Notes: generated by a model not told the origin, from the letters alone. Numbered from the stretch's first letter, positions 9,619-18,156 are shown. The stretch is 64,000 nt of DNA from Candidatus Anstonellaceae archaeon (GCA_038887295.1 JAWAKW010000001.1:11967-75966); one strand, 5' to 3'. Program-made: numbers and translations.

Positions 9619-10030
9619 TTTTGCTCTCCTCTGCTACAAGCAAACTTGCCTTATTTGTTAAATCCTGTATGTTCTTTGCTATCTGCTCCAAGTCCTGCTG
9701 TGCTGCTTTGAGCGCATCAGAGAGCTTTTGCTGCTTCTCTTCCAGCATTTTGACAGCTTCTTCTGGCGATTTTTGGACCATTAAGTTTGCGCCAATTGAG
9801 ATTATGATTTTTTCCGTGTTTGGCTTGGGGCATGAAAGGAAGGTGCCTGCGCCCAGAGGGACAAGCGTATCTCCTTTCATTTTCTTGAGGTTTTTGATAG
9901 CCTCAATAACCGAGCCTATCTCAACGATATTTGCCTGGATTGCTTGGATTTGCTGCCGGACGGCTTCGCCTGCAGACTGCTGTAGCTGAAGCTGGTACGA
10001 AAGCTTTTGCACCTCAGTTTCATCAACCAT
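9596..10030 (-). CDS. pfdA: Prefoldin alpha subunit
   Basis: A coiled-coil/beta-hairpin/coiled-coil profile is present. It occupies the conserved position between rplX and ftsY. Confidence 0.8.
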   Translation of the reverse strand: MVDETEVQKLSYQLQLQQSAGEAVRQQIQAIQANIVEIGSVIEAIKNLKKMKGDTLVPLGAGTFLSCPKPNTEKIIISIGANLMVQKSPEEAVKMLEEKQQKLSDALKAAQQDLEQIAKNIQDLTNKASLLVAEESKNVRSSEK

Positions 10031-10041
10031 TTCGGCACCCC

Positions 10042-10218
10042 CTAAATCTTCTCAATTGAGGAGATTGTGATTGCTGATCTTTTAATTCCTCCTCTGCTTC
10101 CAAACATCGCATATATGTACTCGCGCGCCAGCTTTTCACTTGCGGCTTCAACTTCCTTTTGGAATTTGCGGCTTGTTTTGCCTTTTCTGAACATTCCTCT
10201 CACAAGGTATTTTGCCAT
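10042..10218 (-). CDS. rplX: 50S ribosomal protein LX (L18Ae/L20A family)
   Basis: Hand translation gives MAKYLVRGMFRKGKTSRKFQKEVEAASEKLAREYIYAMFGSRGGIKRSAITISSIEKI, 58 aa. It is missed by the ORF track. It occupies the conserved position between eif6 and pfdA. Confidence 0.75.
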   Translation of the reverse strand: MAKYLVRGMFRKGKTSRKFQKEVEAASEKLAREYIYAMFGSRGGIKRSAITISSIEKI

Positions 10219-10226
10219 AAGACCAC

Positions 10227-10889
10227 CTACGCCAAACCTAATGCCTCAGAGGCTCTTCCTACCTCAAAGCCTGTGCTTGCTTCGCCAAATATTGCGCCTT
10301 GTGAATTAGCAATTGCGCACAAGGAAACGAATGTTACGCCTGTATTTAAGGTGCAGTTTTGTCCAGGAACGTGAAGGATGGATTCCAGCTCCTTTATTTG
10401 GTCCTCTGTTGCTCGGTTGTGGGCAAGAAAACCTTTGTTTGTTGCAAGCACTGCGCTTCCTGCCGTAAGGTAGTTTGCAACTTTCATTTGGACTATCTCA
10501 ACCCCAAGACAGTCCTGCACCTTCTGCAGCTCCTCCTTTGTAAGCAGCGGGTTTGCCACCCCGCCAAAATCGTTCACAGCAATATTGTTACCTGCTGCAG
10601 AAAACTGGCTTTTGGCAACTGCAACATTCAGTCCCATCTTTTTGAATATCTCTATTTCTCTTTCAGTTGAGCAAGGTGGCACCACAATGCCGTTTGAGTT
10701 GAATGCTGCAAAAAGCCCAACCATACCCATCCCGCCAAAAGTGCATTTCACGGTTTCCTTTCCAAGAGAGGATATTGCCTGCAGAAGCTTTGGAGAGCAG
10801 CTGACATCAGCAATCACCATTTTTTCTGAAGCTTTTGCAAATATGCCAATGTGCGGATTGCCAAAGTTTGAGGCTTTGGTTATTGGCAT
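10227..10889 (-). CDS. eif6: Translation initiation factor 6 (aIF6)
   Basis: A five-fold pseudo-repeat is present, together with the GNPHIGIFA start characteristic of eIF6. Confidence 0.9.
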   Translation of the reverse strand: MPITKASNFGNPHIGIFAKASEKMVIADVSCSPKLLQAISSLGKETVKCTFGGMGMVGLFAAFNSNGIVVPPCSTEREIEIFKKMGLNVAVAKSQFSAAGNNIAVNDFGGVANPLLTKEELQKVQDCLGVEIVQMKVANYLTAGSAVLATNKGFLAHNRATEDQIKELESILHVPGQNCTLNTGVTFVSLCAIANSQGAIFGEASTGFEVGRASEALGLA

Positions 10890-10904
10890 GCAAAAACCTT
10901 GCTT

Positions 10905-11324
10905 TTAAGCTGTCTGTGGCTTCTCTTCAGCCGCTTTCTTTTGGGGTGCTTGGCTTTTTTCTTGTGTTACGGCAGCTGCTTCTTCAGCCTTGGCTTCGGG
11001 TTTGGCTTCTTTTTGTTGCTGCACCTTTTGTTGCTCTTTTTTCTTTTCGGCTTCCTTGAGTTTTTCTTCTTCCCCTATTAGCCACACCCAAGCTATATCG
11101 TCCTCGCCTTTTACTATCCGCACCTTTATCTTCCTTGGCGGCTTTTTTATCCCATCCCTGAAAATTAGTTTGTTTGTCCCTTGCGAAATGCGGACCTCCT
11201 TTGCCTTCATGTGGCGGAGGGCAAATGCGCGCACCAAATCTATGGCCCTCTTTGCACGCTTGTTCCTGACTCGAAGGTAAGCGTCTCCAAGTGGTATATT
11301 GTAAATGCGTTCTAGAACTGCCAT
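10905..11324 (-). CDS. rpl31e: 50S ribosomal protein L31e
   Basis: The sequence MAVLERIYNIPLGDAYLRVRNKRAKRAIDLVRAF matches L31e. There is a Lys/Glu-rich C-terminal tail. Confidence 0.85.
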   Translation of the reverse strand: MAVLERIYNIPLGDAYLRVRNKRAKRAIDLVRAFALRHMKAKEVRISQGTNKLIFRDGIKKPPRKIKVRIVKGEDDIAWVWLIGEEEKLKEAEKKKEQQKVQQQKEAKPEAKAEEAAAVTQEKSQAPQKKAAEEKPQTA

Positions 11325-11335
11325 ATGCAATCACC

Positions 11336-11518
11336 TTAATTTGTCCTCTGCCTCTTTTGCGAGCGCATTTTCAGCTTTTGCGTCCTCCAAGAGCGCCTTT
11401 CAAAATTCTGCACTACCCTGCGGTTTGTCTTCGCTATCACGAAAAGCGGAATGCGCCTATTGCGCTTTATCATTTTGCCAAGAGTTGCTTTGACTTTTGG
11501 GGTTTTTATCCTGCTCAT
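11336..11518 (-). CDS. rpl39e: 50S ribosomal protein L39e
   Basis: The sequence KRNRRIPLFVIAKTNRRV...RRSWRTQKLK matches L39e. Confidence 0.85.
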   Translation of the reverse strand: MSRIKTPKVKATLGKMIKRNRRIPLFVIAKTNRRVVQNFERRSWRTQKLKMRSQKRQRTN

Positions 11519-11522
11519 TTAT

Positions 11523-11864
11523 TCACCCGATATAGCTTTGCTGCGGCTCCTTTTCACCCTGCTCGCGCCTTCTTTTGCGCTCATGGGCTTCTCGATACTC
11601 TTGCCACATCTTCTCCGCACTTTTGCAGCGGAGGATTTTGACTACTAAGTTCTTTGGAACCGGCACTGAGATGCCACGCAGTGGACGGTAATCGCAAAGG
11701 ACAATATCGCCTTCCTTGATGTGCTTGGAGATTTTGGGTGCAACTTCCATTGTAAGTATGTTGTCATCCCACATCTGCATTGTTACCTGAACGCTTGAGT
11801 CTGCTGAAATTACCCCTTTTTCAGAGGGAGAAAACACCGCAATAACCTTTCCAGGATGATACAT
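11523..11864 (-). CDS. Hypothetical protein (113 aa) embedded in the ribosomal superoperon
   Basis: The ORF is tightly spaced between the PDCD5-like gene and rpl39e. It has a predicted beta-rich core and a basic C-terminal tail. No family was recognised. Confidence 0.5.
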   Translation of the reverse strand: MYHPGKVIAVFSPSEKGVISADSSVQVTMQMWDDNILTMEVAPKISKHIKEGDIVLCDYRPLRGISVPVPKNLVVKILRCKSAEKMWQEYREAHERKRRREQGEKEPQQSYIG

Positions 11865-11872
11865 AAAACCAC

Positions 11873-12166
11873 CTATTTGGACCTAAATTCAATTTTTGTT
11901 TCCCTTCTTTGCGCCAGCTTTGAAAGCAGGGTAAGAATTTGCTCCTCGGAAATTTTCCCCATGGCGCCACCTGATTGCGCGATGTATGCAATTGAGGCAA
12001 CCACTTTTTCGTAAAGCTCAGGGTTGGAAAGCCGCACGTTCATCATTCTCTCATATGCCTTATCCGAAAGCATCCTTCGCAGCAACTCCTTTTTGCGCAA
12101 ATCTGCCTGAATCTGCTGTAGTCTTCTTTGATATGCGGCTTGGATATCTTCTTCTTCAGCTTCCAT
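11873..12166 (-). CDS. PDCD5/TFAR19-like dsDNA-binding protein (COG2118)
   Basis: The motif LLRRMLSDKAYERMMNVRLSNPELYEKVV...ISEEQILTLL matches this family. It occupies the conserved position next to rps19e. The start was taken at the internal Met to limit overlap with rps19e. Confidence 0.7.
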   Translation of the reverse strand: MEAEEEDIQAAYQRRLQQIQADLRKKELLRRMLSDKAYERMMNVRLSNPELYEKVVASIAYIAQSGGAMGKISEEQILTLLSKLAQRRETKIEFRSK

Positions 12167-12572
12167 CTGCAACCTCTTTTGCAGCGCGGTCAAGCAGCTT
12201 CTTGCCTGCAGCGCTGATTTGCCTACCAACTTTCTTTTTCACCATCAGGCCTGCTGACTCCAATGCTTGAAGGCCCTTCCTGATTATGGCTCCTCCTGCC
12301 TTCCTTTTCTTCTCGGGCTTTACTCCCCTTATCTTACGGCCGCCATAGTGGGTGCGCAAAGAGGAAACCCCTACTGTGCCATGCACGTATGCATTGCGCA
12401 ACATAGAAGCAAGTCGAATATACCAGAAGTCTTTTTGTTGTGGAAGCCTTTGCCGATGCGCACCAGACTTTACCATGCCTATCCAAGGAGGGGCGGGAAT
12501 GTTCATTTGCTTTAGCTTCTCTGCAACTTTTTCAATCAGCTTGTTGGGGGTGACATCATAAACAGTTACCAT
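12156..12572 (-). CDS. rps19e: 30S ribosomal protein S19e
   Basis: The sequence VTVYDVTPNKLIEKVAEKLK...DFWYIRLASMLR...YGG matches S19e. Confidence 0.9.
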   Translation of the reverse strand: MVTVYDVTPNKLIEKVAEKLKQMNIPAPPWIGMVKSGAHRQRLPQQKDFWYIRLASMLRNAYVHGTVGVSSLRTHYGGRKIRGVKPEKKRKAGGAIIRKGLQALESAGLMVKKKVGRQISAAGKKLLDRAAKEVADGS

Positions 12573-12665
12573 GGAATTTGCACCTCTTAAAAGCCGGCAG
12601 CGGCAAACTGCAGCCTGTTCTTATTTTCCGGCTTCGAGATATGTCATGATACTCCTATATAATAC

Positions 12666-13478
12666 TTACGCTTTGTTTTGTTTCTCGCCTTTTGCGCTTT
12701 GCTCTTTATTGGCTTTTGTTTTTTGCTTTTCTTGCTCCTCTTGCCACTTACTCAATGAAATGGCGGTTAAATACCACCAAGATGGACGCTCTTGGGATTG
12801 GCTTGCTTCTTGCTGTCCGACTGCGCTCATAAAATAAAGTAAAAGGGTAAGCGAATCGGCTATGTCTTTTTTGAACAACTTTTGCTCTATTTCCTTTTTT
12901 TTATTGTCTGGTGCTGTTATATAGTTGTCAATGAACTCTGATGCTGTCTTTTCAATTTCTGCGAAAGGAGCAGTATTCCCCTCTATCCATGCTGTTATCA
13001 GCGTTCTTGCAAAATCTGATCCGCCCACTACCATTGTTCTGACAAGGGAATTACTGGTCAGCCCTATGATAGATTCTTGTCTTTGGTTGAGCTCGAACAT
13101 AAGAAGTGCGGTAAAAAAGATGTGAATGTTTTGATATTCAACATTTTCAAAGATTTGTGACCTTTTAATATTTTGAAAGTAATTCTTAAAGATGGAAAAC
13201 TGTTTTTCTGAAAGAGGAGTGTTAAAAAAATAGATTTGATCTAGATTGAATTGAAGATTAATTTTTTCTGCAAGGTTATTAATGTAGCTGGCGAATGCTT
13301 TCTGAAATTCTTCAAATCTAGTATCACGAACACTGGTATTGCCAATAGCCTGCTGGAAGATGGATGTTATTGTTTGATGAGTTAAATTATTTGAAGTGAG
13401 GTTTCCAAGATCTTGATCCAACTTTTGAAGTGTGTGCCTTGTCATATAATTAGTGAATAGTTGGATGCTGCCATTCAT
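12666..13478 (-). CDS. Hypothetical N/Q/F-rich protein encoded in a markedly AT-rich segment
   Basis: The 270-aa ORF sits in local GC of roughly 28-32%, against about 47% in the flanking ribosomal genes. No TM segment and no recognised motif were found. Confidence 0.5.
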   Translation of the reverse strand: MNGSIQLFTNYMTRHTLQKLDQDLGNLTSNNLTHQTITSIFQQAIGNTSVRDTRFEEFQKAFASYINNLAEKINLQFNLDQIYFFNTPLSEKQFSIFKNYFQNIKRSQIFENVEYQNIHIFFTALLMFELNQRQESIIGLTSNSLVRTMVVGGSDFARTLITAWIEGNTAPFAEIEKTASEFIDNYITAPDNKKKEIEQKLFKKDIADSLTLLLYFMSAVGQQEASQSQERPSWWYLTAISLSKWQEEQEKQKTKANKEQSAKGEKQNKA

Positions 13479-13479
13479 A

Positions 13480-13800
13480 CTATTTTGATTGTGAGGAGTA
13501 GTATTTAATTCCTGTCGCTTTGCCGCAGTTACAGATGTAATGAACTGATTTTGTACGTTTTTTTAAGCGAATCCTCACGTTCAGGCCAGGCACGAGAGGA
13601 AGGCCGCAGTTTTTGCACATTTTTATTTTTTGGGAAGGCAACATCCTGCAATTGTATCGCAGCGACAGCTTCCGCGCGAGAAAAACGTATCTTCGTGCAT
13701 GCTTTTGGTCATTCATCTTTAGTGCTTCTTGAGCAAGTGAAAGCAGCCTATCTATGCGCTCGTATATTATCTGGCGAAGCGACTGACTGCCTTTTTGCAT
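13480..13800 (-). CDS. rnp4: RNase P protein component 4 (Rpp21/Rpr2 family)
   Basis: A zinc ribbon CKNCGLPLVPGLNVRIRLKK...HYICNCG follows an N-terminal helical region. The start was set at the internal Met; a cat codon at 13798-13800 was verified. Confidence 0.7.
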   Translation of the reverse strand: MQKGSQSLRQIIYERIDRLLSLAQEALKMNDQKHARRYVFLARKLSLRYNCRMLPSQKIKMCKNCGLPLVPGLNVRIRLKKRTKSVHYICNCGKATGIKYYSSQSK

Positions 13801-13833
13801 GTAAACATAGCACAGAAAAAAATGATAAAGCAG

Positions 13834-13956
13834 TGGGCCCGACGAGATTCGAACTCGTGACCTACAGCTGTCCAAGACACTTTGCCAGAGCGTGTCATAT
13901 AAGACTTGCGAGGGCGCAATCGCCCCTGCCGCTCTAACCAGCTGAGCTACGGGCCC
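13834..13956 (-). tRNA. tRNA gene with about 47 nt of inserted sequence (intron or introns); the anticodon is not resolved
   Basis: The reverse complement gives a canonical acceptor stem GGGCCCG/CGGGCCC with discriminator A, a D-arm GCTC-AGCTGGTTA-GAGC and a T-arm ACGAG-TTCGAAT-CTCGT with variable loop AGGTC. The span is 123 nt against an expected 76 or so. The insert contains a 9-bp hairpin, GCAGGGGCG-ATTG-CGCCCTCGC, and a second hairpin, GACAC-(11 nt)-GTGTC. The anticodon arm could not be assigned by hand. Confidence 0.6.
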
Positions 13957-13980
13957 AAAGATTTTGCCGCAACAAAGGAT

Positions 13981-14829
13981 TTAAAGTTGCTTTTTCCCCA
14001 GCCTGCGGTAAATTGCAAGATTGACAAGAAGAAGCAGTGGAAGCCCAAGCAAAACTAGATATGCAGCCGCAAAACCTACCCCAAAAAGGTAAAGCAAATT
14101 GGCTGCAAGGTCGTTCTTTATCAGCATGCTTGCCAAAAATGGAAGAGCCAATGAGATAACTGCAGGGAGAATTAGGATGAGCCCTGCAAAAATGAAGGAA
14201 AGGGCAGCTATTGGATGGGATGTTGATGCAGCAATACTGGTGGTGACTGCGCCGAGTCCTTTTCTTCCTTCAGCAATTGCTGCAAGCAAGAACGAAAGCA
14301 CGAATGACGCAACCAAAATATAAGCTGCTCCGATTCCGGCTGCTGCAAGCAGAATTGGCCCTTCTTTAGAAACGAAAAACCAAACCGCACCAAGCAAGAC
14401 TGCTGGTGGCAAAAACGCTAAAAGGAAAGCGAAAATGATGGCAAAAAGCATGCCATTACCAAGGCGCGTAATTGAAAGGAAGAAGTCTTTCAGGACAATC
14501 GCCTTTCCTGAAAGGATTTGCCAAAAGGAAGCCGCAAGGGAAGCCAGCGCTCCTGAAAGCAGCCAGCAAGCAAGGCCTGCTGAAAGCAGCAGCAAGAATA
14601 TTGGCGCTGCAAGGAAAGCTACAGAAAGCGAAAGCGTCCCTGTTGAAATTGCCGCTAAAAGGCCGAACGAAAGGCTGGTGAAGGCAAACAAATTCAGCAC
14701 AAAAAATACCCCCAGCACAAAAAACACAAGCGCAAACGAAATGGAATGCAAAATGCAGGAAATGAGGTTTTTGGAAAAAGCTGATGCTGCTTCCTTGAGT
14801 GCAACTATCATTTTAAACACCCTTGCCAT
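13981..14829 (-). CDS. Hypothetical polytopic membrane protein
   Basis: The 282-aa ORF has eight or more hydrophobic helices. No motif was recognised. Confidence 0.5.
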   Translation of the reverse strand: MARVFKMIVALKEAASAFSKNLISCILHSISFALVFFVLGVFFVLNLFAFTSLSFGLLAAISTGTLSLSVAFLAAPIFLLLLSAGLACWLLSGALASLAASFWQILSGKAIVLKDFFLSITRLGNGMLFAIIFAFLLAFLPPAVLLGAVWFFVSKEGPILLAAAGIGAAYILVASFVLSFLLAAIAEGRKGLGAVTTSIAASTSHPIAALSFIFAGLILILPAVISLALPFLASMLIKNDLAANLLYLFGVGFAAAYLVLLGLPLLLLVNLAIYRRLGKKQL

Positions 14830-14857
14830 TTAGTTTGCAGGCAAGCAATTTAACCTT

Positions 14858-15733
14858 ATGGATGGTGGCATGGAAGACTTTATCCAAGAATATTTCCTTA
14901 ATCCGATTGCAGACAGAAGCGGTTACAATTTGGTCAATACGCTGACTTATGCAGCAATTGCACTGGCTTTGCTTTACGTGATTTGGAGAGTGTTAAAAAA
15001 GAGGGTAGATTTTTCCTCCTCTGACTTTTTGCTTTCGCTTGCGGCTTTTGTGCTTTTTGGCTCCACCTGCAGGGTAGTTACCGACCTTGCAGACTCAGGT
15101 GCGCTTGCGGAAGCAGCTGCGCAAGGAGGTGTTGCGGGCAGAATTTTCCAGGCTGCCCAAGGAATCTTTTCGTATGGCTATTTGACTGTCACACCCGGAA
15201 TATACGTTGTTACTGCCTTGGTTTTCTTTGCAAGTTTGTGGAGCGCAAGGTTGCTTGGGAACGTGAGGCTTGCTGCCTATTTTGGGGCGGCAATTTGGGC
15301 CGCCTGCCTTCTGCTGGTTTTGCCTTTTGCCAAATATTGGGAATACTTTGCTCTTGCAATTCTTGTAGCTGCAGCCTCCGCAGCTGGTGTCTTTTGGCTT
15401 TTCAAAAGGAAGCTGATGCTTCAGGAAAAGCTTGCAATTGCAGGGCAGGCGCTTGATGGGGCAACCACTTTTGTTGTGATAGATATATTTGCAGAACATA
15501 CAGGTAAGAGATATTTTGAGCAGCATGTTTTGTCTGCAGTAATAGGCACTGCGACTCCTTTTGGGTTCTTGCTTTTTTTGGCTGTCAAGGTTTTGCTTGC
15601 AGCGTTAGTGGTGCATGCTTTGCATAAGGAAGCGATAGACTCAAATGAGAAAGCCTTCGTGCTTGCAGTAGTGGCAGTGATTGGGTTTGCCCCTGGCATC
15701 CGCGACGGGTTGAGGATGCTTGCAGGCACCTAA
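14858..15733 (+). CDS. Polytopic membrane protein, possibly the archaeal DUF63 family
   Basis: The N-terminal FIQEYFLNPI...GYNLVNTLTYA block is followed by multiple TM helices. The family call is tentative. Confidence 0.45.
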   Translation: MDGGMEDFIQEYFLNPIADRSGYNLVNTLTYAAIALALLYVIWRVLKKRVDFSSSDFLLSLAAFVLFGSTCRVVTDLADSGALAEAAAQGGVAGRIFQAAQGIFSYGYLTVTPGIYVVTALVFFASLWSARLLGNVRLAAYFGAAIWAACLLLVLPFAKYWEYFALAILVAAASAAGVFWLFKRKLMLQEKLAIAGQALDGATTFVVIDIFAEHTGKRYFEQHVLSAVIGTATPFGFLLFLAVKVLLAALVVHALHKEAIDSNEKAFVLAVVAVIGFAPGIRDGLRMLAGT

Positions 15734-16305
15734 AGCCCAAAGCCTTTCCTTATGTATTCCACTGCAAATGCTGCAAGGAGTATACCCATTACACGGGAAA
15801 GTATCTCCAGGCCCTTTTGCCCAACTGCAGACTGCAGCGCCTCTGAGAAATAAAGGATAAGGAAACTTACGCTACATGTTGCAATGAGGGCAAAAACCAC
15901 TGGAAGAAGCCCAACCGAGTTGGAAAGCAGAAGCGAGGTAAGAATTACTCCTGGCCCTGCAAGCATTGGGACCCCAATTACCACCGCCTCAACAGGAGTG
16001 TTTTGCCTTTTGCCAAAATCAATTCCTAGCGCAAAGGAGATTGCAATCAGAAGCATAAGAAGCCCGCCTGCTATCTGAAAGGACTCCAGCCTTATTTGCA
16101 TCAGCTCTAGGATAAATGGGCCGATGAGAATGAATGCAAGAGATACGCAGGCTGCAACCAAAGCAGCAACTGCAGCTGCCTCCTGCCTTTTCTTTTTGGT
16201 GAATTTCCTTGTAAGTGCAATAAATACAGGCACAGAGGAAAATGGGTCCATGATAATGAAAAGTATTATGAAGGAATGCAAAAAATGGCTCAATTCAAGT
16301 TCCAT
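15730..16305 (-). CDS. MarC family (UPF0056) integral membrane protein, second paralog
   Basis: The N-terminal FIIMDPFSSVPVFIAL signature is present. It is a paralog of the gene at 1918-2508. Confidence 0.7.
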   Translation of the reverse strand: MELELSHFLHSFIILFIIMDPFSSVPVFIALTRKFTKKKRQEAAAVAALVAACVSLAFILIGPFILELMQIRLESFQIAGGLLMLLIAISFALGIDFGKRQNTPVEAVVIGVPMLAGPGVILTSLLLSNSVGLLPVVFALIATCSVSFLILYFSEALQSAVGQKGLEILSRVMGILLAAFAVEYIRKGFGL

Positions 16306-16356
16306 GCAACCAATTAAGAGTCAGGATTTTTAACTTATTGCCAAAACAAAAAAACA

Positions 16357-16446
16357 GCTCCCATCGTTCAGCCCGGTCAAGGACGCTGGCCTTTCAGCAC
16401 TCCTGGAAGAAAGCCGGTAACACGGGTTCAAATCCCGTTGGGAGCA
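16357..16446 (+). tRNA. tRNA-Glu(UUC) with a 15-nt intron at the canonical 37/38 position
   Basis: The acceptor stem is GCTCCCA/TGGGAGC with discriminator A, the T-arm is ACGGG-TTCAAAT-CCCGT, and the anticodon stem is CTGGC/GCCGG. The anticodon loop is CTTTCA|intron GCACTCCTGGAAGAA (16397-16411)|A. Positions 32-35 (CTTT) pair with intron GAAG, giving a bulge-helix-bulge with 3-nt bulges. Confidence 0.8.
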
Positions 16447-16559
16447 CTCTTTTTCCTCCTCTTTTTTACTTCCAGAGATTGAAACTATCAAAAGCTCAAT
16501 TGTGTAATTGAAAAAAAGAGTTTGGGCTTTTGAATGAAGAAATACAGTTAAATTTGTAC

Positions 16560-16865
16560 TTATTGGCTGCCTTCTTCCTTAAGCAAATATTTGACAATCA
16601 GAAAGACCACAAATGCAATTATCAGGAAGTCAATCAGCGCCCCAAGGAAGCTTCCAAACAGAAGCCGAATTGGACCTATCTCCAAAACAAATTGGCGCCA
16701 ATCCCCTCCAGTCGCATTCAGAAGCACTCCGATTATTGGCATGATTATGTCGCTTACAAGCGAGCTTACAAGCTTAGAGGCGGCAGTGCCGATTATGAAA
16801 GCCACGGCAAGGCCAATCACCTTGTGCTTATTGAGAAAGGCAAGGAAGTCCTTCATGAAACTCAT
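16560..16865 (-). CDS. mscL: Large-conductance mechanosensitive channel MscL
   Basis: The sequence MKDFLAFLNKHKVIGLAVAFIIGTAASKLVSSLVSDIIMP matches the MscL TM1 signature. The start was set at the internal Met; a cat codon at 16863-16865 was verified. Confidence 0.8.
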   Translation of the reverse strand: MSFMKDFLAFLNKHKVIGLAVAFIIGTAASKLVSSLVSDIIMPIIGVLLNATGGDWRQFVLEIGPIRLLFGSFLGALIDFLIIAFVVFLIVKYLLKEEGSQ

Positions 16866-16878
16866 AAAACCACCCTCA

Positions 16879-18156
16879 TTAGCCTTTTCTACTAAAATAT
16901 TTATGACCTCTGGAAAAAACGCCCCTTTTGGAAGAGCCGGCACTCCCTAAATGTGAATGCTTCATTTTGCCTGCAGTTTTGCTGGAGCCGAAGCTTTGCT
17001 TTGGCTTTCTTGCATACTGCCGTCTTGGAAGGAGTTCCGGCTTGATTTCTACATTTATCTTCTCTATTTTGCTATTGATGATTTTTTCTATTGTGGAAAT
17101 GATGCCTGCCTGGTCTGGGAAGACCAGGCTGATTGCCTCACCATCCTTGCCCATTCTTCCAGTTCTCCCTATTCTGTGAAGGTAAGTGTAGGGGTCGTCT
17201 GTCAAATCATAGTTGAAAACATGGGTAACCCCACTTATATCCAGTCCTCTACTTGCCAAATCCGTAGCAACCAAGATATTGACCTGGCTTTTTCTGAAGG
17301 CATCCATGGAGCGGTTGCGCTTGCTTTGGCTCATGTCGCCATGCAAAGCCATGGAGCGAAACCCCCTTTCCTGAAGTATCTGGTTGAGCTTGTCTGCGCC
17401 TTTTTTTGTGCGCACAAAGACCAGGGCAAGCGGCGGCTTTTTTTGGGAAAGAAGCGTAAGGAATGCATTCAGCTTGTCAAATTTTGAAACCTCTACATAA
17501 TACTGCTTTATGGACTTTACAGATAAGGAATCCTCGCTTACCAATATCTCTTGCGGGAATTTCATATATTTTCTTCCCAATTCCAGTATTTCTTTTGGCA
17601 TGGTTGCGGAAAACAGGAGGGTTTGCCGGTTGGTTGGGGTTGCTTGCAGGATTTTTTCTATATCTTCCCGGAACCCCATATCAAGCATCCTATCTGCCTC
17701 GTCCAAAACCACAATTTTGACTTCGTCCAAAAGCAGAGTTTTCCTTTCCATATGGTCCAAAATCCTCCCAGGAGTCCCGACAACTACATCCGCCCCTTCG
17801 GAAAGGGCTTTGAACTGCTTTTCAATCTCTTGCCCGCCGTAAACTGTCGCCACCCTTACATCGAGGTATTTCCCAAGCTTTTTTATCTCCTCTGCCACTT
17901 GCACTGCAAGCTCTCTGGTGGGGCAAAGCACCAGTGCGCTTGGGCGGTTGGGTTTTGCATATGTGCTTGCTTTTCCTCCAAGCAAGCGCTCCAGTATGCA
18001 TATTCCGAATGCTGCAGTTTTGCCTGTCCCGGTTTTTGCCTGGCCAATCAAATCCTCCCCTTGGATAAGAAGGGGGAGCGCTTGCTGCTGAATCGGGGTG
18101 GGACGGACAAACCCAAGCTCATCTAATGCCTTCAGAATTGCGCCATCTAGACCCAT
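16879..18156 (-). CDS. DEAD-box ATP-dependent RNA helicase
   Basis: The Q-motif, AKTGTGKT, PTRELA, DEAD, SAT and HRIGRTGR motifs are present. The start was taken at MGLDGAILKAL; a cat codon at 18154-18156 was verified. Confidence 0.9.
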   Translation of the reverse strand: MGLDGAILKALDELGFVRPTPIQQQALPLLIQGEDLIGQAKTGTGKTAAFGICILERLLGGKASTYAKPNRPSALVLCPTRELAVQVAEEIKKLGKYLDVRVATVYGGQEIEKQFKALSEGADVVVGTPGRILDHMERKTLLLDEVKIVVLDEADRMLDMGFREDIEKILQATPTNRQTLLFSATMPKEILELGRKYMKFPQEILVSEDSLSVKSIKQYYVEVSKFDKLNAFLTLLSQKKPPLALVFVRTKKGADKLNQILQERGFRSMALHGDMSQSKRNRSMDAFRKSQVNILVATDLASRGLDISGVTHVFNYDLTDDPYTYLHRIGRTGRMGKDGEAISLVFPDQAGIISTIEKIINSKIEKINVEIKPELLPRRQYARKPKQSFGSSKTAGKMKHSHLGSAGSSKRGVFSRGHKYFSRKG

